From NCBI RefSeq assembly GCF_000299355.1, contig NC_018664.1, positions 1,440,380 to 1,472,379 of the forward strand: DNA of 32,000 nt, read 5' to 3'. This DNA is from Gottschalkia acidurici 9a (GTDB taxonomy: Bacteria; Bacillota; Clostridia; Tissierellales; Gottschalkiaceae). Position numbers and translations under genes: made by a program. Below are positions 27,542 through 32,000 of this stretch, piece after piece; the stretch's first letter is position 1, and each line of letters begins with the position of its first letter. The notes below the pieces were generated by a model that ran no database searches, was not told where the DNA came from, and worked only from the letters and a program-made list of their open reading frames with translations.

Positions 27542-28522
27542 ATGAAGCAATCAATAGAATTTCACAATATACTACAATACATTGATCAAAATTTAAAAGA
27601 AATATTAATAAATATAGATAAAAATATAGCTAAAAATATAGAAGAAATTAGACTAAGAATGGGAAAGCCATTAATGATATATTCAAATGGAGTAAATTAT
27701 TACATAGATAAAAAAGGAACTTTATATTCTACACCAATAAACTTACAAAAAAGTTACTTAGTAACTCCTGAAAATATATATAAAACCTTTCAAATAGTAA
27801 GTAATTATTCAGTTTATTCTATACAAGAAGAATTGAAGCAAGGATTTATAACTATAAAGGGTGGACATAGGATAGGGTTAGTAGGTAGAGGAGTCTACAA
27901 TAGAGATAAGCTAGAAAATATAAAAGATATATCATCAATAAATATTCGTATAGCAAGAGAAGTAATGGGAGCATCTAATCACATTATAAAATATGTGATA
28001 AAAAATTCTCATAGTATATATAACACACTAATAATATCTCCACCTAAGTGTGGGAAAACAACTATATTAAGAGATTTAATTAGAAATATAAGTAATGGTA
28101 TAAATAGTTACAACTTTGAAGGGCTAAAAGTAGGAGTAGTAGATGAACGTTCAGAATTAGCAGGAACATATAATGGACAACCACAAAATGACTTAGGATA
28201 CAGGACAGATATATTAGACGGATGCTATAAGCATGATGGAATAATGATATTATTGAGAGCAATGTCTCCAGACGTAATAGCTACAGATGAATTAGGTCAT
28301 CCAAATGACATTAAAGCAATATATGAGGCTATGAAAGGTGGAGTACAGATAATTTCAACAGTTCATGGAGCGAACTTAGATGATGTAAAAAATAAACCTA
28401 ATATAAAAGATATAGTAGAAGAAAAAGTATTTAAGCGAATAGTAGTATTAGACAATTCAAAAGGTGTAGGAACTATAAGTGACATAATAGATGGAGAAAC
28501 TTTTAAATCTATAACTCATTAA
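27542..28522 (+). CDS. spoIIIAA: Stage III sporulation protein AA
   Basis: PPKCGKTTILRDLIRNIS Walker A, VVDERSELAG, GYKHDGIMILLRAMSPDVIATDELG. Confidence 0.96.
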   Translation: MKQSIEFHNILQYIDQNLKEILINIDKNIAKNIEEIRLRMGKPLMIYSNGVNYYIDKKGTLYSTPINLQKSYLVTPENIYKTFQIVSNYSVYSIQEELKQGFITIKGGHRIGLVGRGVYNRDKLENIKDISSINIRIAREVMGASNHIIKYVIKNSHSIYNTLIISPPKCGKTTILRDLIRNISNGINSYNFEGLKVGVVDERSELAGTYNGQPQNDLGYRTDILDGCYKHDGIMILLRAMSPDVIATDELGHPNDIKAIYEAMKGGVQIISTVHGANLDDVKNKPNIKDIVEEKVFKRIVVLDNSKGVGTISDIIDGETFKSITH

Positions 28523-28552
28523 CATTAAGATTAAAGAGAGGTGGAAACTTAT

Positions 28553-29077
28553 ATGTTTACGGTAAAAATATTAGGGTGCTTATTTGTAATTATATCTTCG
28601 ACTATGATAGGTATGGAATATAGTAAAAAATATACTGAAAGATTAAACAACTTAGTGTATGTTCAAAATTGCATACAATTATTAGAAACAGAAATAGTTT
28701 ATTCTTGCAATCCGTTGCCAAATGCACTGGAAAATGTATATAACAAAGGGAACAAGAAAGTATCATTTTTATTTGAAGAAATAAGAAAATATCTTTTAGA
28801 AAACAAAGATAAAACTTTATTTGAAAGTTTTGAATATAGTTTATCTAAGTTTAAAGATAAACTATATTTAGAGGATGAGGATACTGAAATAATATTATCT
28901 TTGGGAAGAGTACTTGGAGTATCAGATAGATTAGATCAAGAGAAGCATTTTAAAACAATATTAGTAAATCTAGAGATGAATCATAAAGATGCCAATGAGA
29001 AGAAAAGCAAGAATGCAAAAATGTATAAGAGCCTAGGTGTACTTTTTGGATTTGCTCTAGTACTTATCTTATATTAG
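28553..29077 (+). CDS. spoIIIAB: Stage III sporulation protein AB
   Basis: Position and MFTVKILGCLFVIISSTMIGMEYSKKYTERLNNL...QLLETEIVY...GVLFGFALVLILY. Confidence 0.93.
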   Translation: MFTVKILGCLFVIISSTMIGMEYSKKYTERLNNLVYVQNCIQLLETEIVYSCNPLPNALENVYNKGNKKVSFLFEEIRKYLLENKDKTLFESFEYSLSKFKDKLYLEDEDTEIILSLGRVLGVSDRLDQEKHFKTILVNLEMNHKDANEKKSKNAKMYKSLGVLFGFALVLILY

Positions 29078-29090
29078 GAGGAGATCTATT

Positions 29091-29285
29091 ATGAATGTAG
29101 ATTTAATTTTTAAAATAGCAGGAATAGGTATAATAGTTGGAATACTTCATACAGTTTTAGATAAAATGGGTAAACAAGAGTATGCCTATATAGCTACACT
29201 AGCTGGAGTGGTTATAGTACTTACTATGGTTATAGATTTAATAGGAAAACTTTTTGACGATGTAAAAGTAATCTTTGGACTCTGA
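29091..29285 (+). CDS. spoIIIAC: Stage III sporulation protein AC
   Basis: MNVDLIFKIAGIGIIVGILHTVLDKMGKQEYAYIATLAGVVIVL. Confidence 0.95.
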   Translation: MNVDLIFKIAGIGIIVGILHTVLDKMGKQEYAYIATLAGVVIVLTMVIDLIGKLFDDVKVIFGL

Positions 29286-29299
29286 GAGGGAGGAAGATT

Positions 29300-29686
29300 A
29301 TGGATATAGTCAAAATAGTAGGCATTGGAATAATAGCTACTACATTGTCAGTAATACTAAAACAACAAAAATCAGAGTTTGCAGTACAAATTAGTATAGT
29401 TACAGGATTAATTATATTCTCATTTATATTAAGTCAACTAGAATATGTTATTGATACTTTAGATAGTTTAGCAAAAAGAGTAGAACTAGATTCTCTATAC
29501 TTTTCTACTGTTTTAAAAGTAGTTGGCATATCGTATATAGGAGAGTTTGGAGCACAAATATCTAGAGATGCTGGAGAGGGTGCTATAGCATCAAAAATAG
29601 AATTAGGTGCTAAAGTTATAATAATGACTATGTCAGTTCCTATATTAATGTCACTATTAGATTTAATAATTAAAATTATACCTTAA
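29300..29686 (+). CDS. spoIIIAD: Stage III sporulation protein AD
   Basis: MDIVKIVGIGIIATTLSVILKQQKSEFAVQISIVTGLIIF...GEFGAQISRDAGEGAIASKIELGAKVIIM. Confidence 0.95.
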   Translation: MDIVKIVGIGIIATTLSVILKQQKSEFAVQISIVTGLIIFSFILSQLEYVIDTLDSLAKRVELDSLYFSTVLKVVGISYIGEFGAQISRDAGEGAIASKIELGAKVIIMTMSVPILMSLLDLIIKIIP

Positions 29687-29701
29687 GGTTAGGTGTTTAA
29701 T

Positions 29702-30886
29702 ATGCTAAAGAAAATGACCATGATAACAGTTATTACATTATCAATATTATTAAGTTTAACAGGTATAGTACACTCGGAAGATGAGGATGGAATATTAGAT
29801 AGTTTAGTAAAGAATCAAATAGAAAATTTAAATATAGATGAACTTGAAAAAGTGATAGAAGAAATAAATAAAAATACTAGCGAATTTTTACCCAAAATGA
29901 ATTTAAAAGAGGACATACTATCAATGGTTAAAGGCGAAGACAGTATGGATATTAAATTATTAACGAAAGGTCTTCTGAAATATTTATTTAAAGAAATTGT
30001 CTTGAACTGGGGCATTTTAACCAAAGTGTTATTTTTAAGCATAATATGTTCTATATTAACCAATATGCAGGGAGCATTTGAAGGCAAAACTATAGGAGAG
30101 TTATCGTTTTATGTATGCTACTTAATACTGGTAGCAATGTCTATAAATAGTCTTATGGTAATAATAAAAGTGGCTAATGAAGCAATAGGAAGTATGGTTT
30201 TTCTGATGCAAGCTTTATTGCCAATACTTATAACATTGTTGTTAGCTATAGGAGGTATTACATCATCATCATTATTTCAACCAATAATATTAGGATCTAT
30301 AAGTGTAGTAAGTACACTAATGAAAGATGTTATATTACCTCTAATAATATTAAGTACAATAATAGGTGTAATCAGCAATATATCAAGTAAAGTTCAAATA
30401 ACAAAATTATCAGGATTCTTAAGACGGTCAATATTATACGTTATAGGAATAAGTATAACTTTATTTATGGGTGTTATGTCTATAAGAGGAGCAGTAGGAT
30501 CTAAGCTAGATGGACTAACTATAAGGACGGCAAAATTTGCAGTAGACAAATTTGTACCAGTAGTCGGAAGATTTCTATCCGATACTATGGAAACCGTAGT
30601 AGGATGTTCTATGCTTATAAAAAATGCAGTAGGTATATTTGGATTAATAGCTCTATTTATAATAACTATAGTACCAATAATTAAAATAATATCACTAATC
30701 TTAATATACAAATTTACTATAGTAATTATAGAGCCAATAGCTAACGAAAGGATAGTAAATTGTTTGACAGATATAAGTAAATCTTTAACTTTGGTATTAG
30801 CAACAGTGGCTATAGTAGGTGTACTATTTTTTATGGCTGTAACTATAGTCATAGGAGCGGGTAATGCCACAGTGATGCTTAGGTAG
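29702..30886 (+). CDS. spoIIIAE: Stage III sporulation protein AE
   Basis: Order in operon; LLPILITLLLAIGGITSSSLFQP, FVPVVGRFLSDTMETVVGCSMLIKNAVG. Start could be GTG 29693. Confidence 0.94.
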   Translation: MLKKMTMITVITLSILLSLTGIVHSEDEDGILDSLVKNQIENLNIDELEKVIEEINKNTSEFLPKMNLKEDILSMVKGEDSMDIKLLTKGLLKYLFKEIVLNWGILTKVLFLSIICSILTNMQGAFEGKTIGELSFYVCYLILVAMSINSLMVIIKVANEAIGSMVFLMQALLPILITLLLAIGGITSSSLFQPIILGSISVVSTLMKDVILPLIILSTIIGVISNISSKVQITKLSGFLRRSILYVIGISITLFMGVMSIRGAVGSKLDGLTIRTAKFAVDKFVPVVGRFLSDTMETVVGCSMLIKNAVGIFGLIALFIITIVPIIKIISLILIYKFTIVIIEPIANERIVNCLTDISKSLTLVLATVAIVGVLFFMAVTIVIGAGNATVMLR

Positions 30887-30896
30887 GTGAAAAAAT

Positions 30897-31577
30897 ATGG
30901 TCGAATTTCTAAAAGGATGGATGACTAACTTAGTTACATTTATAGTAATAATAACTTTTTTAGAAATGATACTTCCGAATGGCAATATGAGACGATTTGT
31001 AAATATGATAATAGGAATACTTTTAATATTAGTTATAATAAATCCATTCATAAGTTTACTTAAAAGCAACATAGATATAGAGAAAGAAGTATTCATGAAC
31101 ATATCTGAGCAAAACACATATAAACCAAAGGAAGATAAAGAATTTAAAAATATACAAGATAAACAAATTGTCGACATGTATAAAAATCAGATAGAAAAAG
31201 AAGTAAGAAATAGCTTAATAAACAAAACACAATATGTTTTAGAAAAAATTCATATTGAAATTGAGGAAAACAATGATAGCAAAGAGTATGGAAGCATAAA
31301 AAAGATAGAGTTAATAATTAATGAAAACAAAGAAATTAAAGAAAAAGAAAATAGTAAAAATATACAGATTAAAGATATTGAAATAGATGTTAAAACAAAA
31401 GATATAGTGAAAGATAACGAAAGATTAAATAATGAAGAATTAAATAATAAACATACACAGGATATAGATAAGATAACTATACATATATCCGAGCAATTAC
31501 AACTAGACAAAGATAAAATATTTATTATCTTAAAAAACAAAGGAGTAGGAGGGGAAGAAAGTGTTAGAGAAGATTAA
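30897..31577 (+). CDS. spoIIIAF: Stage III sporulation protein AF
   Basis: MVEFLKGWMTNLVTFIVIITFLEMILPNGNMRRFVNMIIGILLILVIINPF. Confidence 0.92.
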   Translation: MVEFLKGWMTNLVTFIVIITFLEMILPNGNMRRFVNMIIGILLILVIINPFISLLKSNIDIEKEVFMNISEQNTYKPKEDKEFKNIQDKQIVDMYKNQIEKEVRNSLINKTQYVLEKIHIEIEENNDSKEYGSIKKIELIINENKEIKEKENSKNIQIKDIEIDVKTKDIVKDNERLNNEELNNKHTQDIDKITIHISEQLQLDKDKIFIILKNKGVGGEESVRED

Positions 31578-32000
31578 AGACAAAATAAAAGAGTTCATGA
31601 ATAAAGATAACTCTAAAAAATTTATAACTAACTTAACTATAGCTATATGCATAGGTATAGGCTTAATAATATTAAGTGATACTCTTTTACCCAATAAAGA
31701 AACAGTATCTAAAAGCACACATGATTTAGACTATGTAGAAGAAGATCAAGAAAATAAAATAAAAAAAAATTTAATAGAAGACTACTCAGATAATATGGAG
31801 TTTAAGCTTAAAGAGATATTAAGTGAAATAAAAGGTGTTGGAGAAGTTAAAATTATGATAAATCTGGAAGATACAGCAGAAATAGTACCAGCATTTAATA
31901 CTACTACAGTAAATGAACAAACAAATGAGAATGATGCACAAGGAGGTGTGAGAACTGTTTCGAGAGACGATTCAAAGCAAGAAGTTGTAACATCTAAAGG
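31561..32000 (+). CDS. spoIIIAG: Stage III sporulation protein AG (3' truncated by window)
   Basis: GTG 31561: MLEKIKDKIKEFMNKDNSKKFITNLTIAICIGIGLIILSDTLL...LKEILSEIKGVGEVKIMINLEDTAE; overlaps spoIIIAF end by 17 nt. Confidence 0.92.
   Translation, partial: MLEKIKDKIKEFMNKDNSKKFITNLTIAICIGIGLIILSDTLLPNKETVSKSTHDLDYVEEDQENKIKKNLIEDYSDNMEFKLKEILSEIKGVGEVKIMINLEDTAEIVPAFNTTTVNEQTNENDAQGGVRTVSRDDSKQEVVTSK

Overview
Low-GC Clostridia-type chromosomal window (gene order and protein content resemble Peptostreptococcaceae and relatives). The left ~9.3 kb and right ~10.5 kb are ordinary chromosome: ruvX, DUF1292, fur-family, RNase J, QueT-like, mltG (interrupted), trmR-like, U32 peptidase and a PBP on the left; YhcN/YlaJ-type lipoprotein, SOD-like, aroE, a prepilin-like cluster, efp and spoIIIAA-AG on the right. 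The centre is the key feature. The sporulation sigma factor gene sigK is split in two by an ~11.56 kb 'skin'-type intervening element (9609..21177), bounded by an 11-bp direct repeat GTATTGATAAT and encoding a large serine recombinase next to attL. Precise excision rebuilds a 237-aa pro-SigK in frame. The reconstructed attP and attB each show a dyad whose centre falls on the same A|A step, which predicts the crossover. The element carries spore-related cargo (CotF-like coat operon, YmaF-like protein, DUF1259, KTSC, decayed oxalate decarboxylase), a 68-71 aa recombination-directionality-factor candidate, a 26-bp perfect palindrome, and a stretch of small membrane proteins interspersed with diverged repeats. 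Several host genes carry frameshifts or nonsense codons (mltG, a prepilin gene, possibly the start of the U32 gene) that may be real or sequencing errors.
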